NCBI GenBank assembly: GCA_964016885.1
Contig: OZ024762.1
Span: 10,106,001 to 10,170,000, forward strand
DNA length: 64,000 nucleotides
Source: Eledone cirrhosa
Taxonomy: Eukaryota
Direction: 5' to 3'
In this document: in pieces, positions 11,901 through 26,632 of the stretch
How the letters are laid out: every line of letters begins with the position of its first letter
Numbering within the stretch: position 1 is the first letter of the stretch
The notes under the pieces: model-generated
The model's input: the letters and a program-made list of their open reading frames with translations, nothing else
The model's database searches: none
What the model was told of the DNA's origin: nothing
Position numbers and translations under genes: made by a program

Positions 11901-14900
11901 TTACAGAACAGGTAAATATATTGACTTGCTAGATTAGTAATTCTCAGAGACTCGTGTCTCATTCCTTCCTTTTGCAGGAATTCTTCCCCAATTTTGAATT
12001 GTCATCTAATAATTCTTTCACCCAAGCACCATATTTACATGAATAAATGTTCCAAATCTCAAATCATATGAAACAAAACAAGATTAACCCTTTACCATTT
12101 AAACCAGCTGTATCTGGTCAGAATTTTCTCACCTTTCTGTTCAAACCGGCTGTAACCAGCCACTCATAGGTTTGATATTATGTGAGATAAAGCCTTTACT
12201 GTGAAAATACAATAGTAATGCTAAAGGGTTAAGTCTGAAGCAGCCTGTGTTTTTTTTTTCATTATGTGAACTGTTAATTCCAATAGAACAATATCTATGT
12301 AGTATTAAAATACTTGATAATAATTATCATATCTTGATCATGTTGGGGACACAACAAAAAACACCCAGCTCACACTGGGAAGTGGTCATATTGGTGTCAC
12401 AACAAAAAGCCCCCAGTACTCACTGTAAAGTGGTCGTGTTGGTGTCGTGACAAAAAACACCCAGCCCACACTGTAAAGTGGTCGTGTTGGTGACAGCAAA
12501 AAGCACCCAACCCTCACTGTAAAGTGGTTGTGTTGGTGCCACAACAAATAACACCCAGCCCTCACTGTAAAGTGGTCGTGTTGGTGACAGCAAAAAGCAC
12601 CCAACCCTCACTGTAAAGTGGTTGTGTTGGTGCCACAACAAATAACACCCAGCCCTCACTGTAAAGTGGTCGTGTTGGTGACAGCAAAAAGCACCCAACC
12701 CTCACTGTAAAGTGGTTGTGTTGGTGCCACAACAAATAACACCCAGCCCTCACTGTAAAGTGGTCGTGTTGGTGACAGCAAAAAGCACCCAACCCTCACT
12801 GTAAAGTGGTTGTGTTGGTGCCACAACAAATAACACCCAGCCCTCACTGTAAAGTGGTCGTGTTGGTGACAGCAAAAAGCACCCAACCCTCACTGTAAAG
12901 TGGTTGTGTTGGTGCCACAACAAATAACACCCAACCCTCACTGTAAAGTGGTTGTGTTGGTGCCACAACAAATAACACCTAGCCCTCACTGTAAAGTGGT
13001 CATGTTGGTGCTACGATAAAAAGTACCACAACTCGTCTAACCCATGGAAAAATGGATGTTAAAAGGTGATGATAATAATGATGATGATGAAATAATCAGT
13101 CACCTGCCATGCAATCCATGCCAGCATGTAAAAAGCAGGTGTAAAAACAATGATGGGGTTCTCTTTTGTGATGTATTCCTTATATTCCTGAAACATTTGT
13201 AGAATTCCAAATAAAAGTAAAAAGAGATTCATCCCATTTCTTCCTGTCTTTTCAGTGGAAGAAGAACATGGCAAGTTTATCTGCTACAGCCCTCGGTCAA
13301 ACATTGATGGTAAATCAGTTAGTTGACATGGATTGGAAATTTGGAGGTAAGGATTAGCACTTAGCTGCTATGTAAGATTCCGACCACAGCGTCAAGTGGT
13401 TTAAGAAGGCTGATTAAACACACAAGCTGAAACCACGACGCTGTGATCGGAGGATATATATAATTCAAGAGATAAGAGTAACATCGTTGTCTGTACAATA
13501 AGGGCTTTAATACCATCCACAACACGGAGTACTGTAACTGGACTACCTCTAAGTGGATTGCCTATAATGATAACTTGTTATCCCGTATATATATATATGT
13601 GTGTGTGTGTTTGTATGTAAAATCTAATCTAATCTATCTAATTAGGCCGAGTTTACACTGGCAAATAAGGCTGCCCCTAGGAGCATTGGATTTGCTGTAC
13701 TTCATATTTGTTTCGGTTGCTGAATACAATCAGGGGTCGCTGCTTCTCCTGAAGGTCAATAGTTCTGTTCTAACTCGAGCGGGAGTGCCTTTCCATTGTC
13801 AATTTACATTGATCATCTGCAAAGCCGAATTGGTCTCAGAACCACTACAGCAGTCTTTTGATGTGTGCAGCCAGAACTACTGCCACCCGTTGATTTGGCA
13901 GGATTGCTACTCATTTCTACAGCTGAGTAAACTGGAGCAACATGAAATAAAGGGCCTTGCTCAAGGACACAACACAAAGCCTGGTCCAAGAATCAAACTC
14001 ACAACCTTTCGATTGCAAGCCCAGTGCCCTAACCACTAAGCCATGCACCATATAAAAGGTAAACAGAAATAACAACACAAACGGTTGTTATATATATATG
14101 TGTGTACGTGAACAACCAAGCATAGATGAGTTAAGAGAGAAACTGTGTATAAGAGGGATAAGTTGTTGTGTGTGGGCGAGAAGACTGGTATGGTACGGAC
14201 ATGTGATGCACATGGAGGATGACCGCCAGGTAAAGAAGTGCCAAGAAATCCCAGTAGAAGGAAGACCACAAAAAATATGGGTGGAGGTGGTGAGAGCAGA
14301 CCTCAGATCGCTGAAGCTCACGGAGGAGATGACAAAGGACCGTGACAAGTGGAGAGATGCTGTGCTGAATAGGACCTGTCCCACCCTTGCAAGCAGGGAA
14401 AAGCGGACGTAAGATGATGATGATGATTATATGTGTATGTAAAAGGTAAAGAGAAATAACAACACAATTGGTACAGTATATGGAAGGAATATGTTAAGTT
14501 AACGGTTAAAATAGCAATATTTGTAATCACAAATATTCATTCTGTTTTTAATCAATCTTCTGTTTTTATTGTAGTGACCTTGTCCAGTAGTGAGCTCAGT
14601 AAAGTAGGAAATACCTTTATACAGGTAAGAATCGTTATCTACCTTCATTCTTAATTGGATTGTTTTATGTCTTACTGCTGTGATTTTCTTTTGTCTTCAT
14701 TTTGAGACGGGAGAGGGTTGGGGAAGAGGGTGGAGATTGTTGTTCTTTTTACTTTCATCTCTCTATTGCTGCTCTCTCTCTCTTCCTCTGTTTCTTTCCC
14801 TCTCTCACACACACTATTTCCTCTCTTTATCCCTCTTTCGTTTTCTTTCTTCCTCTATTTCTCTCCTTTCTCTCATTATTTCCTCTTTCTCTTTCTCTCA

Positions 14901-16367
14901 CACAATCTGAGTTCAAATCCCGCCGAGGTTAACTTTGCCTTTCATCCTTACGAGGTCGATAAAATAAAGTACCAGTAATACACTGGGATAATTGCTGGCC
15001 TTGTGCCTAAAGTAGAAATAACTATTTAACTTTGACTTTCTTCCTTACGGGGTCGATAAAATAAAGTACCAGTAATACACTGATTTAATTGTTGGCCTTG
15101 TGCCAAAAATAGAAACAATTATTTCCTCTCACTCTCTTTCTCTACTTCTCTTCTTTCTTTCTCTCTCTCTCCCACATATGTAATTCTCTGTTATCTCCCT
15201 TCTCTTCTTTCCAGTTGAAGCTAGTCGTCAGCAATGGTAAAGGAGAACTAAACACAATTTATATGGGTGAGTGCTTCCCTCACTGACTTAACCCTTTCAT
15301 TTCCATATTTCTAATGAAATACATCATCATCATCATCATCATTGGATGAGTGGTCACATAGTGAGGCTAGAACGGTCAAGTGACCGTGTCTTGCTCTAAG
15401 ACTCCATTTTTGGTTTCATCTCTATGGCTTGATTCCTTTTTTAGTGCCAACCACATTACAGTGTGTATTGGGAGAATGCTATTGTCACCTACACTACCAC
15501 CTAACAGGTGGTAGTGTAGGTGAAAATTTGCATTATTAGTGTAACGACTTCAATTTTTAATGTGATGCAGTCGTAGTGCTGTTTTGTACTTTTCAAGAAT
15601 GTCTTACTAATGTGCTTTCATGTGGTACAGGATGTTAAATTATTAATTCAATACCAGCATCTCTGGAGATGACACCGGGATCGGAGAGCTTGCACCCCCT
15701 GTTATTAGTGACTGCTTGTGGTTTCCAAAGCACTAGTGGGGACACAGCCTTAGAGGAGGCACGATGGCAGTAGCCAGCAAATCTTACTCACTTTTTCATC
15801 ATCATTATCATCCATCTTCCACACTAGCATGGGTTAGACAGGTCCTATTTTGAGGCAAGTTGTGTCATGTGACCATGTCTCACTCATATTTCGCTCATGT
15901 TTCGGGCTGGTTTTCTACGGCTGGATGCCCTTCCTAACATATTGAAATCCACTTGGCAACGACAATGAACGACAGACCCCCGTGGAGATCATTTGTTGAG
16001 TTGATTTCGGCTGAGGCAGGATTAATTACCATATTTCAAGTTGTTATTATTATTATTAACCTAATAATTGTGGATTGGCAGTAAGGGTAGAGGGTCAGAC
16101 ACAATGCTTTGACGCATAGAGTTACGGCCCTTTCCATTCTGAGTTCAAATCCCGCCGAGGTCAACTTTGCCTTTCATCCTTACGGGGTCGATAAAATGAA
16201 GTACCAGTAATGTACTGGTTAATTGCTGGCCTTGTGCCAAAAGTAGAAACAATTATTATTAACCTAATTAAACTTCTTTCTTCATTACAGAACTAAGTCT
16301 CCAGCAGTTTTATTCATTCCTGCATGAAATGGAACGAGCAAAAGCCAGCTTGGAAATATTGAGTTAG
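6750..16367 (+). CDS. COMMD7: COMM domain-containing protein 7 (Commander/CCC complex subunit), 9 coding exons, 205 aa
   Basis: join(6750-6845,9078-9131,10528-10630,10985-11041,11874-11911,13256-13346,14575-14624,15215-15266,16291-16367) = 618 nt with consistent phases. The spliced product MAATMHYANERTDTNLAAIKSDMQTMDKFEIEQFSQLVQMMFSFLLDPNK...GQTLMVNQLVDMDWKFGVTLSSSELSKVGNTFIQLKLVVSNGKGELNTIYMELSLQQFYSFLHEMERAKASLEILS* matches the COMMD7 sequence as I recall it, including the COMM-domain WKFGV motif. Confidence 0.95.
7528..7945. repeat. AT-rich minisatellite, ~19-21 bp subunits with 60-bp higher-order period, inside a SINE
   Basis: Repeated tatatacactatgttcagta / tatacactatatacatta units; consecutive 60-nt lines are identical; short relative at ~50000-50080 (-). 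Confidence 0.85.
8215..8605 (+). mobile_element. Near full-length tRNA-derived SINE with RTE-type tail (COMMD7 intron 1)
   Basis: tggcttagtggttagag A box, gagttcaattctc B box, tail cccacccttgcaagcagggaaaagtggacgtaaaatg...(ATG)n. Confidence 0.8.
8670..8724 (-). ncRNA. Minimal type-I hammerhead ribozyme motif (family D), antisense in COMMD7 intron 1
   Basis: Minus strand: ACTGC-CTGAAGA-GGT c ACAGCCA atga TGGCTGT c ACC-GAAA-tatata-TA-GCAGT; palindromic stem III. Confidence 0.8.
9078..9131 (+). CDS. COMMD7: COMMD7 exon 2 (QFSQLVQMMFSFLLDPNK)
   Basis: tttacag| acceptor, AAG|gtaagt donor, 54 nt. Confidence 0.93.
10528..10630 (+). CDS. COMMD7: COMMD7 exon 3 (SSQLFTQLETFAEDNGANFTALKSVFKSLLTLPN)
   Basis: tgtttag| acceptor, G|gtaagt donor, 103 nt. 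Confidence 0.92.
10985..11041 (+). CDS. COMMD7: COMMD7 exon 4 (DALKRGVAPATFQEELVSL)
   Basis: tttttag| acceptor, G|gtaaga donor, 57 nt. Confidence 0.93.
11874..11911 (+). CDS. COMMD7: COMMD7 exon 5 (GLSQEKAEYLTEQ)
   Basis: ttgtag| acceptor, CAG|gtaaat donor, 38 nt. Confidence 0.93.
12346..13010 (+). repeat. SINE-derived minisatellite, alternating 46-bp and 48-bp units (94-bp higher-order repeat), COMMD7 intron 5
   Basis: ccctcactgtaaagtggtcgtgttggtgacagcaaaaagcacccaa alternates with ccctcactgtaaagtggttgtgttggtgccacaacaaataacacccag; identical ORFs are spaced 94 bp apart in the track. Confidence 0.9.
13256..13346 (+). CDS. COMMD7: COMMD7 exon 6 (WKKNMASLSATALGQTLMVNQLVDMDWKFG)
   Basis: ttttcag| acceptor, G|gtaagg donor, 91 nt. 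Confidence 0.95.
14098..14426 (+). mobile_element. RTE-clade LINE 3' fragment
   Basis: LREKL..RRLVWYGHVMHMEDDRQVKK...GRPQKIW...DRDKWR is the typical RTE ORF C-terminus; ends in an (ATG)n tail. Shorter 3' end at ~4080-4190. Confidence 0.85.
14575..14624 (+). CDS. COMMD7: COMMD7 exon 7 (VTLSSSELSKVGNTFIQ)
   Basis: ttgtag| acceptor, CAG|gtaaga donor, 50 nt. Confidence 0.95.
15215..15266 (+). CDS. COMMD7: COMMD7 exon 8 (LKLVVSNGKGELNTIYM)
   Basis: ttccag| acceptor, G|gtgagt donor, 52 nt. Confidence 0.95.
16291..16367 (+). CDS. COMMD7: COMMD7 exon 9 (ELSLQQFYSFLHEMERAKASLEILS*)
   Basis: ttacag| acceptor, TAG at 16365-16367. Confidence 0.95.
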
Positions 16368-16499
16368 CTACAGCCTCAACTACTACCACCACTACTGCTG
16401 CTGCCGCCACCCCCACCACTGCTACTACTACTACTACCAGCACTGCTGTAGTTGAAACAACACATTACCACCAACATGGTTTCTCCTTTCATGACCATA

Positions 16500-17200
16500 T
16501 TTTCTTCGCCCACAGGAGCAGAGTCATCAGACATGGCTTCCAGAGAGTTGCAGGGCCAGAGTCCTCAGACACCCTTCCAGTGGGTCCTATCAGAAGCAAC
16601 CATCTCTCAAATGATCCGGTTGGATCCCCAGGTGAGACCAACCGAGGTGATGGATGTTCTCCAACCATCTTGCTCGTGGTCTACCTCTAGGTCTTATGCC
16701 AGTTGGCTGTGCCCATAAGACATGTCCAGCAATTCTTTCCTGAGACATTCTAACCACATGTCTATAGTACCAGAGCTTCTTTCCTGAGACATTCTAACCA
16801 CATGTCTATAGTACCAGAGCTTCTTTCCTGAGATATTCTAACCACATGTCTATAGTACCAGAGCTTCTTTCCTGAGACATTCTAACCACATGTCTATAGT
16901 ACCAGAGCTTCTTTCCTGAGATATTCTAACCACATGTCCATAGTACCAGAGCTGTGATCTCTCAATCCAGAGATTCTTTCCCGAGACATTCTAACCACAT
17001 GTCTATAATACCAGAGATTCTAACCACATGTCCATTGAACCAGAGCTGTAATCTTTCAATGCAAAGAAATAGTGGTTCTTCCTGGAGTGATAACCTGATC
17101 TCTGAGTTACACATCCTATCGAGTAACATTATTCTAAAGACCCTTCGAAGGAACACCATTTTGGCTGCTTGTATTTGCGATCACTGCCCAAGATTTATGA
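16500..17200 (-). mobile_element. RTE-clade LINE fragment (second family, GAA tail) with internal 44-bp tandem repeat, downstream of the COMMD7 stop
   Basis: FLRRVFRIMLLDRMCNSEIRLSLQEEPL..IERLQLWFNGHVVR in ORF 16962-17159; reverse complement of 51830-53140. Confidence 0.8.
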
Positions 17201-17226
17201 TCATTGGTAGGGTAGACCATGTTTCT

Positions 17227-17256
17227 AATAAAATACACTGTGTTTCAACTAATAAA
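17227..17256 (+). terminator. Candidate COMMD7 polyadenylation signals (AATAAA at 17227 and 17251)
   Basis: First AATAAA hexamers I found downstream of the stop codon; no transcript evidence. Confidence 0.35.
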
Positions 17257-18903
17257 TGAAAAATATAGGAAGATTTACTAAAATAGTTTGAATTGGGGAC
17301 CAGCTAGATCTGGTTGCTTCTGACAGTAACCACTGGAGACATGACCTACCCAGCAATAAGTGGGTGAAGAAGATTATTTTATTATGGTACTTGCAACATA
17401 ACGTTACAAAAGGTCTTTATATAAAATTATGTTGGAAGATATTTGATTTAACTCTTAGTATTCTGTATGTACCACATGAAACTATATTAGATTAAAAATT
17501 AAATCCTTCAAATTTCCACACCTGTCCACTATAAATATTTAAATCTAAAAAATAAAAAACAAGTATTGTGGTGGTGGTATGCCAGATATCAACATGATAA
17601 TATATTTTTGTTTGGCATTTCCAAATATTCCTACTTTTGGCACAAAGCCAGCAATTACCCCCCAGTGCATTACTGGGGGTAATTGCTGGTCTTGCAGTAA
17701 TACATGAGAGTAATAATGGTGCCAACAGAATAACCTGTCACAACTTTGAACACACACACACACACATGTATACATTATATTTATATGTATGTGTGTGTGT
17801 AGCTTAATTAAATACCTTTTTTGTATTTATCAATACCGTGTTTGGTTTATTTGTTCATAAAATTGTTGTTGTTTGTGTGTGTTTGTTTTTGTCTCCGACA
17901 GTGCTAGCATAGGCGGGGATATTTGCTTCTGTCTCATAAGAAAAAAATCCCACAATCAGCAGTTCAACATGAGAAGATCAGAATCTTTTAAAAAGCAAGA
18001 GTTGGCATCAGAGAGTCTATTTTAAAAAGATTTAAAATGAGATTGAACCAATTCCTCCTCTTCCCAAATATTGTAACTATTTGAAACTCCCACATTTTGC
18101 CTTCAAGCATCAACCTTTGTAATTTACAACCATCAAATGAACCTCTGTACCCTTTTAAAGCATTTTGTCCAATGAGGAAGTCCCTTAAGTCTGGTGAGAA
18201 GGAAGAAGGTATCCTCAAACTGGGGAACTGGCCGTTGTGTGTATATTATGATAAAGCCATTACCACAAAAATACAATAGTAAATATAGAGTAATGTAAAC
18301 GATAAAGGGTTGAATTTCTAATGTGTTCTATTTGTGTCTGTGCGGAAACTGTACAAGATTTGACAAGAAAAAAAACCCCAACTTTTGTCACAGTTATCGG
18401 CCTTTGATGTGTAAGGGAAACAACTGTCTAAGGGAAACAACCGTGTAAGGGAAACAACCGTGTAAGGGAAACAACTGTTTAATTGTAAATAGTGATTCGT
18501 AGAAACTATTATGTATTTATAAGAGAAATAGCGAACATAAGATATTTTTATAGCAATTATAGCCCTTTCTCCTACTTTCCTATACTGTCAGATCTGCCCT
18601 TCCCCTTCCGTCCGCTTGATTTCGTTTTTATCCTTTTCTTTTTCTTCTTTTGGTGTACTTGGACCCCGTACTGCCGAGCTCCTCTGAAAGATCGGAACAT
18701 TAGTAGTCCATCTGAGGAATGAACCCGCGAGGTGGGGTGGCTGTTGTAGCGGGTATCGCTGGCCACTGCCCGTGGAAATGCTTTTGCGGCCTTGTTCGCG
18801 GGGTGCAGCCCCCAAACCGCGGCACCCTAGACCCAGAGCCCATCACCCATCACCTCCCATTCTTCTGCGACCATAGAGCCCTTCCTTTCCCGTTTTTAAA
18901 TAT

Positions 18904-19615
18904 TTTACTCTTTTACCTGTTTCAGCCATCCGGCTGAGGCCATGCTGGGGCACCGCCCTTGTTGCTACACATTTTATCTCCAGCCTGTATAGGTTGGCCA
19001 CTGGTGTAAGAGGGAGTTTGTTGCTGCTGCCCTTAGGTTTCCCTCGTGTCTTGCTGTGGGCTCATCCGGGATCCTGGATAACAAGGTGTCGAGATGTTTC
19101 TTAAAGACATCCACCTCCACGTCATGCAAGTCTCGCAGATGCCTCGGCAGCCTGTTGAAGAGTTGAGGGCCCTTGAATCCCAGGCTATTGCAATACCTGC
19201 TCCTTATTCTAGATGTGGAAGACGGGACCTTTGGCACCACACAGTGACGTCCTGTTCGACGGTTGGTCCAGCTCCTAGTGCCAAAGTTTGGTGCTAGTCC
19301 CTCCAGGATTTTCCACATGTAGATCACTGCGTATCTCTCCCGTCTTCGCTCCAAGGAGTAGAGGTTCAGTTCCTTTAGCCTCTCCCAGTAGCTTGTCTCC
19401 CTCATCTTGGCAATCCTCTTGGTGTAGCTTCGCTGGATTGCCTCAAGCTCCGTGGTTAGTTTGACACTATGGGGTGACCACAGCTGGGAGCAGTAGTCCA
19501 GGCGGCTTAGGACAAAAGTCCTCCACAGTGTCAACATGGTGTCTCGATCTCTTGTAAGGAAAGTCCTCAAGATCCAGCCAGCGAATCGTCTACATGCTGT
19601 CGCCACCTTCATGAT
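18904..19615 (-). mobile_element. CR1-clade LINE, 5'-truncated, with uninterrupted 212-aa ORF2 C-terminus
   Basis: SRLDYCSQLWSP, LEAIQRSYTKRI, SYWERLKELNLYSLERRRERY are CR1-type post-RT motifs; 3' end ggtgccccagcatggcc...ctgaaacaggtaaaagagtaaaa. Confidence 0.9.
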
Positions 19616-20043
19616 GTAAATATTTGTAGTGTTTTTCTAATTATTTTACAGTAATTCATTCATGTAGTTACTCGTTTAAAATGTCGGATAGAATGATTTA
19701 AGGTATTTATTCCGGCTCTTTTCTCTCGCAGTTCAAATCCTGCCGAGGTCAACTTTGCTTTTCATCCTTTCGAGGTCGATAAAAAAAAAGTACCAGTCTA
19801 GTACTGGGGTCGATTCTTCCTCTCTCTCTGGAAGAAATCTGCTGTACTCAGACCTGGACAAGAATGGGCTCCGCCAAGCTTAAAAAGCCCAAGAAATGCC
19901 GTATATCAACACGGCACCTCTACGACTCTATCAAGAGTTACGGGACAATACCATACCAACAAATTTTACAGTAGAACCTTGCCACGTTACAGTTTCATAA
20001 TAAACATTTTGGAAAGGTTTGAAGCGATGAGTGTATATAGGAA

Positions 20044-20351
20044 TATTCGTAAAATTTGAGAATTCTCAGCGCGGAAAGTAGCCGTTACCAGCTGTATACT
20101 AGGGGGACTGATGAGCCAAATAACGCCAATTACCTTATTCTTGTTAATCCTTCACCCCATCTTTCTATCCATCTCTCCATCGTTCTAGTCCACATTTTTC
20201 TCCTCTCTCCCTATAAACCCCTATTCTCTCATCTCTCACTCACCGTTCGATCTGCGGTTATATCTTAACCCCAAAATATGTGACTATGCAAATAGTATAC
20301 AGCTGGGCAACGGCTGCCTTTAGTGCTGAGAATACTCAAATTTTACGAATA
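20044..20351. mobile_element. MITE-like element with ~58-bp imperfect terminal inverted repeats
   Basis: tattcgtaaaatttgagaattctcagc...ccagctgtatacta (20044-20101) mirrors tagtatacagctgg...gctgagaatactcaaattttacgaata (20293-20351). Confidence 0.65.
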
Positions 20352-20810
20352 ATTGTTTCTACTTTTGGCACAAGGCCAGCAATTATCCCAGTGTATTACT
20401 GGTACTTTATTTTATCCACCCCGTAAGAATGAAAGGCAAAGTTAACCGGGATTTGAACTCAGACCATAAAGGTCCGTAACTCTTTGCTGCAAAGCATGGC
20501 GTCCGACCCTCGACCGATACTGCCAATGACGAATAATAAACATTCTATTTCCATCAATATTTGTAATGCTATTTATACAGCTGTGAATTGATTCATTGTC
20601 TGTAATTCTATTAAATGACAGGATTTTACTGACCATTTCTTTAATAAAGAAGGGCTTGATAGTGATGGAGCTTTAGAAAACTGGCTTAGTCTAATTATAA
20701 CGTAAATAATACCAGTATGCGTTCGTATTCTATTAAAGAAAATTCTTTAATATATATATATATATATATATTTGTATATATATATGTATGTATATATATA
20801 TATATATTTG

Positions 20811-20857
<47 letters not shown>

Positions 20858-21084
20858 TATAAAAAAAATAATGAATAAACAAAGAAACAGTTCCTTATAT
20901 TTAAAAAAATTCATTATTTTACGATCGTTTCTAGGATATATATGTGTTAGAATTGGTATGCATATTCTATAGATCTATGTACAATATAAGTAGTTTTTGA
21001 ATGCATCTTCTCTTTTCATGATATCCGGATTACATTGAGTTCTTCATACGGAATGGACACTACCGTAAACTTTTGGTAGATTTA

Positions 21085-21145
<61 letters not shown>

Positions 21146-21370
21146 ATATATATATGTATGTATATATATATTTGTATATATATATATGTATATATGTATA
21201 TGTATGTATATACATATATATATATATGGATATATGTATATGTATGTATATACATATATATATATATATATATGGATATATGTATATATATATGTATGTA
21301 TATACATATATATATATGGATATATGTATATATATATATATATATGGATATATGTATATATATATGTATG

Positions 21371-21402
<32 letters not shown>

Positions 21403-21446
21403 TGGATATATGTATATATATATGTATGTATATACATATATATGTG

Positions 21447-21485
<39 letters not shown>

Positions 21486-21577
21486 ATACATATATATGTA
21501 TATACATACATATATATGTATGTATGTATATGCAAAATATCGGTCGCTTTCCGTCCGACAGGCGAGCAGTCAAGCCC

Positions 21578-22051
21578 CTAGCAGTGGAGACCTCAGGTGT
21601 CCTTGGCCCTAGGACCACCTCCTTACTCACCCCCATCGGCACATAGTTGGCTACCCATAGCAGTGGAAACCTCAGGTGTCCTTGGCCCTAGGACCACCTC
21701 CTTACTCACCCCCATCGGCACATAGTTGGCTACCCATAGCAGTGGAAACCTCAGGTGTCCTTGGCCCTAGGACCACCTCCTTACTCACCACCATCGGCAC
21801 ATAGTTGGCTACCCATAGCAGTGGAAACCTCAGGTGTCCTTGGCCCTAGGACCACCTCCCTACTCACCCCCATCGGCACAGAGTTGGTTACCCATAGCAG
21901 TGGAAACCTCAGGTGTCCTTGGCCCTAGGACCACCTCCTTACTCACCCCCATCGGCACAGAGTTGGTTACCCATAGCAGTGGAAACCTCAGGTGTCCTTG
22001 GCCCTAGGACCACCTCCCTACTCACCCCCATCGGCACAGAGTTGGTTACCC
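21578..22051. repeat. 79-bp GC-rich tandem repeat, 6 copies
   Basis: Unit tagcagtggaaacctcaggtgtccttggccctaggaccacctccttactcacccccatcggcacatagttggctaccca recurs at 79-bp spacing. Confidence 0.9.
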
Positions 22052-22256
22052 GCAGATATTAGCCTTGCGAGCTAGAGTGGCTCTTCTAATGCATCTCCCT
22101 TATCATCCTCCGGGTAAACGCACTCCCTATTCTGACGGTTGGGGTCCCCCATTTGCTTATAGTAGTGAGAGATGTGGGGAGCGAGAGAGACAGGTACAAT
22201 CAACCCTCTATATTATGTTACGGTCGCCCCCTCTATAGTATCTTGCAGGTCTTCTA

Positions 22257-22259
22257 TCA

Positions 22260-22291
<32 letters not shown>

Positions 22292-23260
22292 GTCTATCTA
22301 TTTTGTATTTGTCCCCTTCTTTTGTGCCCCTGTGGCTAATAAAGAAATATATCTATCTGTCTATCTATTATCTATCTACCTGTATGTAAACTCCCCATTT
22401 GTATTTGTCCCCTTCTTTTGTGTCCTTGTGGCTAATAAAGAAATGTATCTATCTTTCTATCTATCTAACTATCTATTTATCTTTCTATCTATCTATTTAT
22501 CTATCTGTCTATCTATTATCTATCTACCTGTATGTAAACTCCCCATTTGTATTTGTCCCCTTCTTTTGTGTCCTTGTGGCTAATAAAGAAATGTATCTAT
22601 CTTTCTATCTATCTAACTATCTATTTATCTTTCTATCTATCTATCTATCTATCTATTTATCTATCTGTCTATCTATTATCTATCTACCTGTATGTAAACT
22701 CCCCATTTGTATTTGTCCCCTTCTTTTGTGTCCTTGTGGCTAATAAAGAAATGTATCTATCTTTCTATCTATCTAACTATCTATTTATCTTTCTATCTAT
22801 CTATCTATCTATTTATCTATCTGTCTATCTATTATCTATCTACCTGTATGTAAACTCCCCATTTGTATTTGTCCCCTTCTTTTGTGTCCTTGTGGCTAAT
22901 AAAGAAATGTATCTATCTTTCTATCTATCTAACTATCTATTTATCTTTCTATCTATCTATCTATCTATCTATTTATCTATCTGTCTATCTATTATCTATC
23001 TACCTGTATGTAAACTCCCCATTTGTATTTGTCCCCTTCTTTTGTGTCCTTGTGGCTAATAAAGAAATGTATCTATCTTTCTATCTATCTAACTATCTAT
23101 TTATCTTTCTATCTATCTATCTATCTATCTATTTATCTATCTGTCTATCTATTATCTATCTACCTGTATGTAAACTCCCCATTTGTATTTGTCCCCTTCT
23201 TTTGTGTCCTTGTGGCTAATAAAGAAATGTATCTATCTTTCTATTTATCTATCTATCTCT
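22257..23260 (+). repeat. ~150-160-bp compound tandem repeat: retroelement 3' end (…ccttgtggctAATAAAgaa) plus (ATCT)n
   Basis: About 6-7 copies; the unique part matches the 3' end of the Tx1-like fragment at 62930-63000. Confidence 0.85.
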
Positions 23261-23624
23261 GTATATTTTTACACGACTGTATGTAAAATCCCCGGCATGT
23301 CTTTGTATTGTCCCCTTTCTTGTTGCGCCCTTGTGGTTAATAAAGAAATCTATCTATCTCTGTATATAAACCTATAGGTTGAGGAATATAAACAGAGGGA
23401 AGACGGGAACACCTACAAAACGTGTTCCTAGTGTTATTTTATATATATTTTATTGTCATCCATTATTGTTGTTAAAGATTTTATGTAAAAACCCCCGCCG
23501 TCACGTCTTGTAATCTCCCATTTCTTGTACGTCCTTGAGGCAAATAAAGAAAGATATCTCTCTATATATATATATGTCAGTATGTGTCTGTTTATTTCTC
23601 TATCAATGTGACTGTCTCAATCTA

Positions 23625-23782
<158 letters not shown>

Positions 23783-24219
23783 ACCTTGCCATGAATTATA
23801 CATTTCTATGCATCTGAGGAATAGCTAAGTCGTGAATCACCCTGATAGGTTACACTATACACCATTGTATACACAATAGTGTATACAGCAGTATATATAT
23901 GTGTGTGTGTGATATATATATATATATATATATATATAAATTTGTACATATAGATAGATATATACATTTGTACATATATACATATATAAATATATATACA
24001 CACACATACATATATGTACATGTTTGTGCATATATATATATATATATACACACACACATGTATATATATATACACACACACATGTATACACATACACACA
24101 CACACATATATATACACGTTTGTACATATATATACATATATATACACACACACGTGTGTATATATATATATATACACATGTATACACATGCACACACACA
24201 TATATATACACGTTTGTAC

Positions 24220-24256
<37 letters not shown>

Positions 24257-24258
24257 TG

Positions 24259-24292
<34 letters not shown>

Positions 24293-24307
24293 TGTATACA
24301 CATACAT

Positions 24308-24340
<33 letters not shown>

Positions 24341-24476
24341 CACGATAGTACGGTGTGGCCTAAATATCTCTTCAACTGGTGGCTCTGTCGTGACTATATA
24401 CACATGTAAGACTATATATGTTATAGGACAATGTATATAAATATACGATAAGATAGGGACAACTTATATAAACATG

Positions 24477-26632
<2,156 letters not shown>

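Noticed and set aside
20105-20140. CTGATGAG inside the MITE as a hammerhead core
   Set aside because: No stem II followed by GAAA and no stem I partner.
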